Origin: Octopus sinensis
Taxonomy: Eukaryota
DNA length: 55,332 nucleotides
Direction: 5' to 3'
Assembly: GCF_006345805.1 (NCBI RefSeq)
Contig: NW_021834523.1
Span: forward strand, 1-55,332
Made by a program: the position numbers and the translations under genes. Within the stretch, counting starts at the first letter, position 1. Each line of letters begins with the position of its first letter. The notes under the pieces were generated by a model. The model saw only the letters and a program-made list of their open reading frames with translations, was not told the origin of the DNA and made no database searches. Below, one piece after another: positions 1 to 12,307 of this stretch.

Positions 1-459
1 TACCCGCTTTTGGTTAAACTGCACCGCAAAATGTGGGCGTAGTAAGGACCTAAATCGGAGGAGACAGAGTCTCACACACACAACTTCAATTTTATATATA
101 AAGATTACAAAGACATTTCGAGTGATTTCTGCTGGTTGCTTTTATGTGAAACATTTAAAGAGATTGGTGCTTAAGTTGCTATTTTTTCACATTAGGAATT
201 TTTGAGGTTAAAACGAATAATGAGATTGTATAACTAAAGCAAAATGCCACAACACACCGCACTCGTGCATCGCATGTTTAGATAATGAGAATGCATGGCG
301 TTCATGCGTTTCACAAGATAAGCGGGAGGAGAAACATCAATGTAAGTAAAGTAATTAGAAGAGATACAGTAATTTACGTGAAACTATATCTAATTAAATG
401 CCTGTCGCCGGTAATTAATGTCGTTAATATCAGCATCAATAATAACCACAATGAAAGAG

Positions 460-775
460 GAGAAGAAGAAGAAGAAGAAGAAGAAGAAAAGAAAAAGAAG
501 AAGAAAAAAGAAGAAGACCGATAGAACAACAACAACAACAAGAGGAACAAGAAGAAGAAGAAGAAGAAGAAGAAGAAGAAGAAGAAGAAGGTGATGATGG
601 TGATGATGATGATGATGATGATGACGACGACGACGACGTCGACGATGGTGATGGTGATGATGATGATGATGATGAACAGCATGAACAAGAACATGAAGAC
701 GGTGGTGGTGGATGCGTTGGTGGTGGTGTTGGTGGTGGTGATGGTGGTGGTGATGAATATGATGATGATGATGGA
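460..775. repeat. Compound trinucleotide microsatellite (GAA)n/(CAA)n/(GAT)n/(GGT)n
   Basis: Read directly; accounts for ORFs 285-524, 374-694, 436-786 and 591-782. Confidence 0.95.
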
Positions 776-1382
776 TTTTTAACCATAATGAATTGGTGTC
801 TAAGAAAACTTCATGTTATCTTATTTTATTTACACACTTATTCCGATTTCGGAAAAATTATGTATTTGCATAACCTATGTCTTCCTAAAGGCAACACATA
901 TACAAACCCACATACACACACACACACTCATCTCCTTCTCTCCCTTCTCTCCGTCTCCCTAAATTTTGTTCTGGGGGGGAGCGGGTGCGTGTATCTGTGT
1001 ATTTATAAACAATAAGTCATCTTTAAAACCAATAACGATTCTCAAGATTGGCAGTAGTTTTTGGCATAAATTTGGCGTGCAGGAGTTCGATCGATTTAAT
1101 CGATACTCACCGTTTGACTGATAGTTATTTTATTGCTCCGAGGATGATTAAAGGCAAAAATCGAACCTCGACGCGATTTGATCTGATAAAAATAAAGAAG
1201 AGGGTCATCAAAATATTTTGTCCAGCGTTAAACCGCTTGTAGCTGTCTAACTTCGTCGAAAAGCAGATTAGGACGTTGAATAAAAGCGGCTTTATGAGTG
1301 TTATCGAAACCTTCTTGGGATTTCTTGGAGCAAGGGAGGATAATTCGGCACCACTGAAATGTTGCCCTCCGTGATATGAAAT

Positions 1383-1600
1383 TGCGGCGAGCTGGCACAA
1401 ACGTTAGCACTTCGGGCGAAATTCTTAGCCGTATTTCGTCTGCTGTTACGTTCTGAGTTCAAATTCCGCCGAGGTCGACTTTGCCTTTCATCCTTTCGGG
1501 GTCGATAAATTAAGTACCAGATACGCACTGGGGTCGATCTAATCGACTTAATCCCTTTGGCTGTCCTCTCTATGTTTAGCCCCTTGCGGATTCCCAAGAA
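1383..1600 (+). mobile_element. tRNA-derived SINE, family S1 (Deu/Nin-domain-like)
   Basis: Head ggcgagctggcacaaacgttagcac...gagttcaaattcc, then ctttgcctttcatcctttcggggtcgataaattaagtaccag, which resembles the Deu/Nin SINE core. The same sequence recurs more than 10 times in the window. Confidence 0.85.
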
Positions 1601-1664
1601 ACACACATGAAAAGCATGGCGGCTTTACCCTTAAGACTAAACTGTATTAATTTAATATATATCG

Positions 1665-1858
1665 GCTCCAAATTTTGGCACAAGGTCTGCAATTTTAGTG
1701 GGAGAGGTTAAGTTAATTACATTCATTCCCAGTGTTCCACTGGTACTTAGTTTATCGATCGGAAAGAACAAAAGGTGGAGTCGGCCTCGGTGGAATTTGA
1801 ACTCAGGGCGTTAAGACGGCCGAATTGCCGCTAACCACTCTGCCAGCGTCTTAACGAT
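1665..1858 (-). mobile_element. SINE S1, diverged copy
   Basis: Reverse-complement match to the S1 core (ctggtacttagtttatcgatc...ggaatttgaactc). Confidence 0.75.
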
Positions 1859-1936
1859 ATATATATGTGTGTGTGTGTGCGTGTGTGTGTGTGTGTGTGC
1901 GTGTGTGCGCGTGTGTGTGTATATATACATATATAT

Positions 1937-1972
<36 letters not shown>

Positions 1973-2077
1973 GCAATAATGAATCTCTGAACGAGATGTA
2001 AACAGTAACCGCTCGACAACGTAAAGTATAATAGCCATCTCAATATGGCTAACCACTAAGGGTGGGTGTTACTGTAG

Positions 2078-2131
<54 letters not shown>

Positions 2132-2589
2132 ATATATATATAATATAATATATATATCTAGGTTTCCCATTCATAAGGGTTTAGCTTTATGCGTATCGTT
2201 AGATCCCCAAAACTTGTTGGCCCATGACCGCCTAAAAATATGGATTGGAAAATGCCTCATTACTCATAGTAATAAATTTGTAAAACTGAACATTCATTAA
2301 TTTTCTGGGAACTGTAAAAGATAAAAGGTATGTGTGTGCGTGTGTGTATTACTCTGCATAATTTTCTATTAGTAAAAAAGATCTGAATTCATTATAAATA
2401 CATTATCATACATTATAAAGGGATCTTTATAATGTACACGTTGTATAAGAATGAGTACTTAAGTTTTGGGCGATTGTATGGCGATTGTTTTCCGTAAGTG
2501 TGAAATTTTTCAACAATGATTCATCAGGCTTACAACTAATATGCAAAGAAGAAGGTACGAGAGTGAACGATAAACAAATGGAATGGAAT

Positions 2590-2975
2590 AGAAGCACTCC
2601 GTCGGTTACGACGACGAGGGTTCCGGTGATCCGAATCAACGGAACAGCCTGCTCGTGAAATTAACGTGTAAGTGGCTGAGCACTCCACAGACACGTGTAC
2701 CCTTAACGTAGTTCTTCTCGGGGATATTCAGCGTGACACAGAGAGTGACAAGGCCGGCCCTTTGAAATACAGGTACAACAGAAAGGGGAAGTAAGAGTGA
2801 GAGAAAGTTGTGGTGAAAGAGTACAGCAGGGATCACCACCATTCCCTGCCGGAGACTCGTGGAGCTTTTAGGTGTTTTCGCTCAATAAATACTCACAACG
2901 CCCGGTCTGGGAATCGAAACCGCGATCCTACGACCGCGAGTCCGCTGCCCTAACCACTGGACCATTGCGCCTCCG
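2590..2975 (-). mobile_element. tRNA-derived SINE, family S3, near full length
   Basis: Minus strand begins ggaggcgcaatggtccagtggttagggcagcggactcgcggtcgtaggatcgcggtttcgattccc (pol III A/B boxes). Its 3' tail (gtcgtcgtaaccgacggagtg) recurs near 32560 and 52285. Confidence 0.85.
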
Positions 2976-3159
2976 ATAAACAAAAGAGAGTAGGTGAATT
3001 ACCATGAAAATATAAATGCACGAATTAAAATGAGAGAACGAGTAAATTGTACGACAGACGACAACTTAGATTCTTAGAAAGTCAGATTAAGTATTTCTGT
3101 TGTTTTAGACATAAAATTTATTTGTAAAGAATTGAATGACATGGGATATATAAAAACTC

Positions 3160-3196
<37 letters not shown>

Positions 3197-3378
3197 TACA
3201 CAAATATTGCTAGCCAATTGTTTAACGACTAGACTATATAGCACTGGTCAAAATCTTGAACTGCTGGCCAGTGGCTGTAGTCCAGCTCTACTCAGCATTG
3301 ATCAAATCGTGGGTCTCTCAACCCGCTGTTAATGTACTAATCTAATGTAACAAACGATTAGATTTTTAAGCCAACGAT

Positions 3379-3464
3379 GGATCTCTAAACCGTGATTATA
3401 TGGATCTCTAAACCGTGATTATAAGGATCTCTAAACCGCGATTATAAGGATCCCTAAACCGTGA
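3379..3464. repeat. 23-bp minisatellite, about 3.7 copies (ggatctctaaaccgtgattataa)
   Basis: Units start at 3379, 3402, 3425 and 3448, are contiguous, and have no spacers. Confidence 0.95.
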
Positions 3465-4184
3465 CGCTCTAACAAGATTGAAGTAACTACTAACGGCCAG
3501 CGGTGATTCGCTATTAAATTGTTGTAAGTAAATGTTTCGTAACACGGGACTGCGACAGTGATTTAAACCGAATGTGTGTGTGTGTGTTTTAGTTTGATGT
3601 TTCTCAATGGAAATATATCAACTCACATTTATCCAACTATCTGACTTAAATTTAAGAGGTCTTATCGTTCGTTGGCAGATAATTTTGAAGTTGTAAATCT
3701 CCGGCAGCTTAACGTATCACAACTTCCACAGTTGTGATTTGTGATCTTGATACTTATTCAAAGAGATTTAACAATGTTAGTGAGTGGTTTTATTCAGTAA
3801 ATAAGATCAGATTGCTCTTGTACAATTCACCATCATACCACGATGACTTTCATGCGAAAATAAATCAATACCAGCAATTCTTTAATTAATCTCTATAGTC
3901 TAACAATAAAAACGGGAATAGGCATTTCTTTTACATCAGAATAAAACCTCAAAAGCCTAAACAGGATGTGTTCAGAATTTGTAGGATAACCAGGCAAAAA
4001 TTGAGGTTGGTGGTTCGTATCTCGCTACCAGCTACTGATAGTTTCATGCGTAAAGACACAATAATTTGGCACATTTATATAAAGTGCCATGTGTCTCCGA
4101 GCAATCTTTCAGGCTCAGTGCATCAAACTTCTTCGCATTTATCTCTATGATTTCTAATGTTTTCTCCAAGAAATTGTCTGAAGG

Positions 4185-4560
4185 CACGTGGCTTAGTGGT
4201 TAGGGCATTTAGCTTAAGATCGTATGGTCATGAGTTCTATTCCCGGCCGCGCGTTGTGTCCTTCATTTTGCGTTGTGTCCTTATTTTGCGTTGCTCCAAT
4301 CCTCTCAGCTGTACCTCTGTGTGTGTGTGTGTGTGTGCGTGCGTGTATGTGTGTGTGTGCGTGTGTGTGTGTAAAGTATATGTATACATGTCTTCGTGTT
4401 TGTCTCCACACTGGTGTCGACTTGTAATTTTGCAGTGTTCGGGTGAGAAGACCGATAGGATATGTACCAAACCTAAAACCATAAGTCGATTTGTTCGACT
4501 AAACGCGGTGCCCCAGCATGACCGCAGTCCAATTACTGATAAAAGGAAAATAAGAGAAGA
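4185..4560 (+). mobile_element. SINE, diverged S2-related subfamily
   Basis: tRNA-like head (ggcacgtggcttagtggttagggc...gagttctattcccgg), central (TG)n, and a tail similar to S2 (accgatagg...gtcgatttgttcgactaaa...ccagcatgaccgcagtc). Confidence 0.7.
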
Positions 4561-5006
4561 AAAGAATGAAGAACAACCCACTTATCGAATCGTATACATC
4601 ACTAAGTTGTGACGTTCATTCTTATTCCAAGAAATACGGTATATGTGTTTTCGCTCAGGAAACTCAAGTCGGCTTGAAGGTTTAATTATCTACGTAATTA
4701 CCACAACACTACGACCGACATCGATGCGAACAGAAATCAATAGCAGCAACTCTTTAATAAATCTCTGAAGACCAATTTTCCTGAGATAAAACGTCAGAGA
4801 CACAGGTGTCTAGTTAACAGTCGGTTTATATAATACTATCTCGTATTGCTCCTAATCATGTTGGAGGTCAAAAATTATCAATCGGTCGGTTGTGTAATAT
4901 GTAATGCATTCATTCGACCCCTAACAACTTATTTCTATCTCGAGGTGACTTCAAAAGTCACCTTAAGTTTACACATATACACACGCACATATATATATGT
5001 GTGTAT

Positions 5007-5056
<50 letters not shown>

Positions 5057-5171
5057 TGTATGTATGTATGTATATGTATATATACATATATATACGTATA
5101 TATATTTATATATGATTATGTGAATATATATATATATACATATGTATATGTAGGTGTGTGTATATATATAC

Positions 5172-5202
<31 letters not shown>

Positions 5203-5291
5203 AAGAGGGATATATATATGCATAAATAGATACATAGATAGATAGAGAGATAGAGAAAGGGAGAGAGATAAATATACACATATATATATAC

Positions 5292-5322
<31 letters not shown>

Positions 5323-5961
5323 TTGTGTTTGTGTTTGCGTACGTGCGTGTGTGTGTAAGTATGTATGTGTCAATAATCTTGCAGAAATAATTACCAAAAT
5401 AGTTATCTAAGAAGCAATTAGATAACAAAAGATCAAGCTGGTGTTAAGAAGACGTTTTCGACAATAATCACGATACTCTTACGAGAAGGGCTGCATCACA
5501 TTTTTTCTCCTCCTCCTCCTCCTCTTCTCCCCCCCACCGCCTCACCGTCACCTCCATCTTAATAACTTCTTAACGTGTCTTTCATTCTTTCATTTCGATT
5601 AAACTTTTTTTCTTATGTAACAAAAATATAATAATTTGCTGCATTATTAAATCCAATTAAACGTCCGCATCTCAGACGTTGTATTGCAGCCAATTTTATG
5701 AACTATTGACGAATTTTAATGAGTGGAAGTCAACGGTGCCACTTAGTTATTTGTGGCCACAACGAATTTGCTAATTTTGATTATCCATTGTTGTCTTATA
5801 GACAAGAAAATTTCATTAATAATAATAATAATAGTAATATCAACAACAACAATAATAATAATGATAATAATAATATAAAGAGTGTAAGATGATTGGCACA
5901 TAAACTCAGACAGTGGAAGAATATTTTAATGTTATGAAACTAACAGGGTTAATACTTAATT

Positions 5962-6893
5962 GGAGGTCAAGCAGTGATGTTCTTTAAAGAATTATTTGTG
6001 AAATATTGTATTGCGATATTACGAAACTATTGATCATTTCTCGGACATTTTTAGGAATGCTGTAACCCCAGCGAACTGCTTAGATTTTTGGTCAAATGTC
6101 TGATCAGTGGGCAGTTGTTTAAATACTGATGTTAAGTTCCCAGTAAAGAGACAAATAATTTGTTTGATATTATCTAACCTTGTTACAGCAACGAAATCAT
6201 TGATCATTCGCTGGACTCTTTTAAGAAAACTTATATCTAGCTAACTGGTTAGTTTTCTAGTAAAAGTTTTGAACGGTCGGTAGTTGTTTGAGTACTGGTT
6301 TTGCGTTCCAGTTAAAGAGTCCAATAATTTGTCTGATCTTATCTAACCTTGTTAAGACAATGAAACCGTTGATCATTCCCTGGACGGTTTTTCAGAAAGC
6401 TTATACCAAGTTAACTGGTTAGATTTTGATCAAATGTTTGAACATTCGGTAGTTGTTTCAGTACTGGTATTAAGTTATTAAGTTCCAAGTAAAGAGCTCA
6501 ATAATTTGATAATATCAAACAAATTATTCGTCTCTTTACTATGAACTTAACACCAGTGCTTAAACAACTGCCGACTGCTCAAACATTTGACCAAAAATCT
6601 AACCAGTTCGCTGGGTTATAACATTCCTAAAAATGTCCGGGAAATGGTCAAATGATCAATGATTTCGTTGTAGCAAGGTTGGATAATATCAAACAAATTA
6701 TTCGCCTCTTTACTGGGAACTTAACACCAGTGCTTAAACAACTGCCCACTGCTCAAACATTTGACCAAAAATCTAACCAGTTCGCTGGGTTAGAGCATTC
6801 CTAAAAGGGTCCAGGAAATTATCAATAGTTTCGTAATATCGCAACACAATATTTCACGAATAATTCTTTAAAGAACATCACTATTTGACCTCC
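5962..6893. mobile_element. Foldback-like non-autonomous element with modular inverted arms
   Basis: Terminal ~70 bp (ggaggtcaagcagtgatgttctttaaagaattat...) is the reverse complement of 6820-6893. Three ~170-bp tandem units on the left and two inverted units on the right meet near 6508. No clean TSD seen. Confidence 0.85.
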
Positions 6894-7379
6894 TTGATAT
6901 TATCCAAACTTAATAGGGAAAATATGGAAGCATTAAAGGAGGACATCTCTACATATAAATAAGTTAGCTTCATCGTTTCTAAACGACTGCTATCAAATAT
7001 AGACTAAATATCCCTTTACACATTTCCTATATTTGTATCAGAATCATTTGATTTGTTTCTTAAATTTGGTGATTTGGGAGTAGAACAAAGAACATACAAC
7101 AAAGTTTACAGAAAGGGAGCGCTAAGCAGTGAAGTGTATAAATGGAATGTTGTTACCGCTTCAAATATGTCTGGCACGTTTGGGCTCGTAAATAAGCCAT
7201 TCACTGCGTTTTGTCTTGGAGAAAATTTCTCAAGAGAAACAATCTCTTTTATCAGTTCGCAGCGTCCCCACCCCTGCCTAGTGTCTGTGACCGAAGAGGA
7301 GATAACCACTCCGAAATGCTTGCATTTCACAATCTAGATAGGTGACGCTGCGAACTGATATTGGTGTATTAGCACCATT

Positions 7380-7786
7380 TACTCTTTTGCTCTTTTACTC
7401 TTTTACTTGTTTCAGTCAGTTGACTGCGGCCATGCTGGAGCACCGCTTTAGTCGAGCAAATCGACCCGGGACTTATTCTTGTAAGCCCAGTACTTATTCT
7501 ATCGGTCTCTTTTGCCGAACCGCTAGTGATGGGGACGTAAACACACCAGCATCGGTTGTCAAGCAATGCTAGGGGGACAAACACGACACACAAACATATT
7601 CACACACACTTATTATATATACATATATACGACAGCTTCTTTCAGTTTCCGTCTACCAAATCCACTCACAAGGCTTTGGTCGGCCCGGAGCTATAGCAGA
7701 AGACACTTGCCGAAGGTACCATCTCGCAGTGGGACTGAACCCGGAACCATGTGGTTGGTTAGCAAGCTACTTACCACTCCTGCGCC
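7380..7786 (-). mobile_element. tRNA-derived CORE-type SINE, family S2, full length
   Basis: Head ggcgcaggagtgg...gttccgggttcagtcccact, CORE-like ttcggcaagtgtcttct, central (TA/TG)n, and a tandem tactctt tail. Confidence 0.85.
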
Positions 7787-7957
7787 ATTTGTCTACAGAG
7801 AGAAAATGTTCTTGACAAATCACAGTGAATTTCTTATGCTACACGCATATTTGATCTGATAACAACATTATATAGAACAAATTATAATGATAATTAGATA
7901 TAAAAACTTTTGACGGCATTTTGCAAGATTATGACGGTCCTGAACTATGTGATAACT

Positions 7958-8055
7958 AGTAATTACTGACGGCCTATGAACCAATAATTACTACCTATGA
8001 ACCAATAATTACTGACAGCCTTGAACCAATTACTAACCAATGATTACTAACCAGT
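7958..8055. repeat. Degenerate ~25-bp tandem repeat (aattactgacggcctatgaaccaat)
   Basis: Three to four imperfect units read directly. Confidence 0.75.
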
Positions 8056-8070
8056 AACTGCTTTTATATA

Positions 8071-8258
8071 GTGGCTGTGTGGTAAGTAGCTTGATTACCA
8101 ACCACATGGTTCCCGGTTCATTCCCACTGCGTGGAACCTTGGGCAAGTGTCTTCTACTATAGCCTCGGGCCGACCAAAGCCTTGTGAGTGGATTTGGTAG
8201 ACGGAAACTGAAAGAAGCCCATCGTATATATATGTGTATACATATATATGTATGTAAA
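8071..8258 (+). mobile_element. SINE S2, 5' half
   Basis: gtggctgtgtggtaagtagc...ccttgggcaagtgtcttct; truncated at its internal microsatellite where an S1 dimer begins. Confidence 0.85.
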
Positions 8259-8648
8259 ACACAGAGAGGACAAACAAGGACAGACAAACGGATTCAGTCG
8301 ATTATATCGGCTCCCAGTGCGTAACTGGTACTTATTTAATCGATCCCGAAAGGATAAAAGGCAAAGTTGACCTCGGCGGAATTTGAACTCAGAAGGTAGC
8401 GACAGACGAAATACTTATTTCTTTACTACCCTCAAGGAGCTAAACACAGAGAGGACAAACAAGGACAGACAAACGGATTAGGTCGATTATATCGGGTCCC
8501 AATGCGTAACTGGAACTTATTTAATCGATCCCGAAAGGAAGAAAGGCAAAGTCGACCTCGGCGGAATTTGAACTGAGAACGTAACGGCAAACTAAATACG
8601 GCTACGCATTTCGCCCGGCGTGCTAACGTTTCTGCCAGCTCGCCGCCT
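8259..8648 (-). mobile_element. SINE S1, dimeric (one head, two bodies)
   Basis: The ~190-bp body (acacagagaggacaaacaaggacag...ggaatttgaactc) is present twice; a single head lies near 8590-8648. Confidence 0.85.
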
Positions 8649-9299
8649 TATATAGAAGGTTACTCGATTTCTGATAGAAGGTTGCATTAGTAACCTTCTA
8701 TCAGAAATCAAGAACTATTCACATCTTCAAAAGAACATAACAACATGCATAAAAATATGCATAAAAATATTCAAGGTTAATAAATACTGCGAGAAAAATA
8801 CTTGAACAATATTTTTAGAGCCTGTTATTACTATTTTAAATAACGTGCCCATCTTCATCCTTTATACGTAATTTTTCAATGCCTTTAGAAAAAGCGATTG
8901 CGCACTATTTCAGTCGTACCAATTACATCTTGGGTGACAGACGCGTTCATTAACTGCGATAATTTTTCTTTTCATTCAACAGTGCTACATTCGTGAAATT
9001 CCTTGGCATCGTTTTTCGCTCGCTTCTGCACAACATTATATTATAGTTATTCGGTATTGATCTGTCGATAATTAGTACGCTATTGTCATTTTTGTCATGG
9101 AAAAAAATGATATCAGGTTTATTTGGTGCAATCAGGCTTTTTTTGTTTGTTTTTGTTTTTGCTTTTGTTTTTTTTTTTATTATTTTGTTTTTTCCTGTCT
9201 GTCTCTATAGCAATATCATATTGTCATTTTCTGAGACAGTCAAACGTTCATAACGAATACCAACAGAACACTTTTATTTTCTACGCAGGAGACGAAATT

Positions 9300-9318
9300 A
9301 GGTGGCAATGATCATTAC

Positions 9319-9369
<51 letters not shown>

Positions 9370-9432
9370 CGTCGTCATCGTCGTCATCATCATAATCATC
9401 GTCATCATGGTGACAAATAAATGAAATTATTA

Positions 9433-9517
<85 letters not shown>

Positions 9518-9651
9518 CAACATCATCATCATCATTATTATTATTATCAACATCCTCATCATCACTATTATTATTATTATTATTATTATCGTCATCATTG
9601 TCGTCATCATCATAGTCATCATAATCATCATCATGGTGACAAATAAATAAA

Positions 9652-9702
<51 letters not shown>

Positions 9703-9778
9703 ACAATTATTATCATCATTATTATTATTTTCGCTATCATAGTCATCATCATCATCATCATGGTGACAAATAAATGAA

Positions 9779-9831
<53 letters not shown>

Positions 9832-10188
9832 CATCATTACTATTATTATTATTATTATTATCATTATTATTATTTAGATTAGTATTTTATTATTATTATA
9901 TTATTAATTATCATATCATCATCACATTATTATTATTATTATTATTATTATTACATCATCATTACTATTATTATTATTATTATTATTATCATCATCATTA
10001 CTATTATTATTATTATTATTTAGTATTATATATTTTATTATCATCATCATTACTATTATTATTATCATTCTTATTATTATTATTATTATTATTATATTAT
10101 TATTATTATTATTATTATTATTAGTATTATCATCATCATCATTACTATTATTATTACTATTATTATTATTATTATTATCATCATTACT

Positions 10189-10238
<50 letters not shown>

Positions 10239-10325
10239 CATCATTACTATTATTAATTATTATTAGATTATCATCATCATTACTATTATTATATTATTAT
10301 TATTATTATTATTATTATCAAACTT
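9300..10325. repeat. Compound (ATT)n/(CAT)n array with repeated 23-bp anchor
   Basis: Anchor catggtgacaaataaatgaaatt at 9406, 9632 and 9759, separated by variable triplet runs. Confidence 0.9.
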
Positions 10326-10639
10326 TACTCACGCGCTGTGGCTGCTTCTTTTTTATTCTCACTTCGAAACATGATTTATTCAAGCATTACCAAATGAATG
10401 GAGGTTTTTGTTTTCTGGGGTTTTTTTAGTATTTGTAAAAAGAACTAAATTTCAAAGAAAAGGTTTGTTTCACAAACTTGTAAAAATTTTTATTTACACA
10501 CAGTATTTTTCACATCCAAATTAACAACAACCACATATAAATAGATCACATGACAAGCACTAAATGGACTAGAAAAAAAAACAAATCAAAGCACAAAGCA
10601 AAATGTAGGAAAGGATTAAAATGAACACTATAGTGTAGG

Positions 10640-11225
10640 CATACATGCATGGTAAGAAGTTTGCTTTCCAACCACTCGGTTCCGAGTTCAGTCCCACTAG
10701 CGTGGCACATTGGTGTCTTCTGCTATTGCCCCGAGCCGACCAAAGCCTTGTGAGTGGATTTGGTAGACGGAAACTAAAGAAGCCATTTATATGTGTGCGC
10801 ACGTGTGCGTATGCGTGTATGTATATATGTGTATATGCTTAGCGGTATTTCATCCGTCGTTACGTTTTGAGTTCAAATCCCATCGAGGTCAACTTTGTAT
10901 TTCATCCTTTCGGGGTCAATAAAATAAGTACCACTTGAGTACTTGGGTCCATGTAATCGACTTACTCTCTCCTCCGAACCAAAGGCCTTGAGCCGTTAGT
11001 AGAAGGGAATATTATTAATATTAAAAGCGGTGAGCTAGCTGAATCAGTAGCTCGCCGGGCAAAGTGCTTAGTGGCATATCGTCCAACTGCACGTTCAGAG
11101 TTCAAATTCCGCCGAAGTCGATTTTGCTTTTCAGCCTTTTGGGGTCGATAAATTAAATACTGGTGAAACACTGAGGTCAACGTCATCTACTATCCTGCTC
11201 TCTCAAATTTCAGCCATTGCGCCTA
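10640..11225 (+). mobile_element. SINE cluster: S2 5' part (10640-10800) and two S1 copies (10840-10975, 11028-11225)
   Basis: Matches to the family sequences described above. Confidence 0.75.
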
Positions 11226-11236
11226 TAGTAGAAAGG

Positions 11237-11282
<46 letters not shown>

Positions 11283-11303
11283 TATTATTATTATTATTAT
11301 TAT

Positions 11304-11654
11304 TTTCGTAGTTTTTTTTTTATAGCGTGCTTTCACTACACTACCGAGCGCAGCTCTGTGTGCCTTGGGTATGTGCTGTGATTGTTGTGATGCTCTGATG
11401 GTTATTGTATGGAAAGTGTTCTGCGGTAGGATGTGTGCGGTGCCTAGTAAGTGCAATTTTCTGTATGTTATATGTGTTTGTAAGTCCTTGGTGTTTTTGT
11501 TATGTATTTTGTCTGAATATTTTTTATCATGCCTAATGCACCTACTATGATAGGAATTGTTTCTGTTTTCAGGTTCCACATTCTAGTTTATCTCTATTTC
11601 CAGTCTTTGTATTTTTTGAGAGTTTCTTTCTTCTCCATTTCTTTAGAGACACGA
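11304..11654 (-). mobile_element. Dong/R4-clade non-LTR retrotransposon, 5'-truncated 3' end
   Basis: Encodes ...MEPENRNNSYHSRC / LLGTAHIL, the C-terminus of a restriction-like endonuclease. It is homologous to 12304-12640 and flanked by (ATT)n on both sides. Confidence 0.85.
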
Positions 11655-11709
11655 GACATTATTTTATTATTATTATTTATTATTATTATATTATTATTAT
11701 GTATCATTA

Positions 11710-12195
11710 TTGAGTGAGAGAGCACAGTGCATGCCATCAAAGTGACACTGGGGTAAAAATACGAAGCCCAGTATACCCATCGTGACTACCCGTTTGATAG
11801 GGGTACACTAGGCACATGCATCACAACCATATGTGCGCGACATGGTGATCTCATATCTAAATAAACAGCACATGACCTTGCAGGTAGGTCCCAGTTAGAG
11901 TTTTCTTCTGATCTAGTAGCCCATCCCGCTCAAAAGGTCCCTGGATAAGAGTTGTTTAAGGATGTTGAACGAAACATCCATGTATCCAGAGGGGAATTAT
12001 TCAAACCCCAAAAGAATCTCTCAACACATGACTATGATGCTTCCCAACTACTTCTGCTCGTAATCAGAGATGCTCATATCGTCAGCCACCAAGGGACATG
12101 GTCAACTGGTTAAGATCAAACAACTGACAAGCAAATCTGTGGTATTGAGCAGAATATTTGCTCTAGCCCATCTTTTATACCAAGACTAAACTCAT
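11710..12195 (-). mobile_element. Non-coding interspersed repeat in (ATT)n, probably the 3' UTR of a second TAA-targeting element
   Basis: ~480 bp of complex sequence bounded by ATT runs on both sides. Orientation and identity are inferred. Confidence 0.4.
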
Positions 12196-12216
12196 TATCA
12201 TCATCATTATATTTAC

Positions 12217-12269
<53 letters not shown>

Positions 12270-12276
12270 TTTATTA

Positions 12277-12303
<27 letters not shown>

Positions 12304-12307
<4 letters not shown>

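Noticed and set aside
1-70. rRNA-like first impression, and a minus-strand acceptor near position 49
   Set aside because: No sustained rRNA similarity, and the segment is cut by the window edge.
1243-1377. Possible terminal exon LSNFVEKQIRTLNKSGFMSVIETFLGFLGAREDNSAPLKCCPP*
   Set aside because: Weak acceptor, several frames open on both strands, and no homologue recognised.
2900-2975. tRNA-like sequences at SINE heads
   Set aside because: They have A/B boxes but no complete cloverleaf, and they continue into SINE bodies.
3379-3464. CRISPR-like appearance of the 23-bp repeat (and of the 9.4-9.8 kb anchors)
   Set aside because: No unique spacers, no cas genes, and a eukaryotic context.
7053-7337. 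Overlapping 94-aa and 74-aa ORFs in unique sequence
   Set aside because: No recognisable domain and no convincing splice-site pair.
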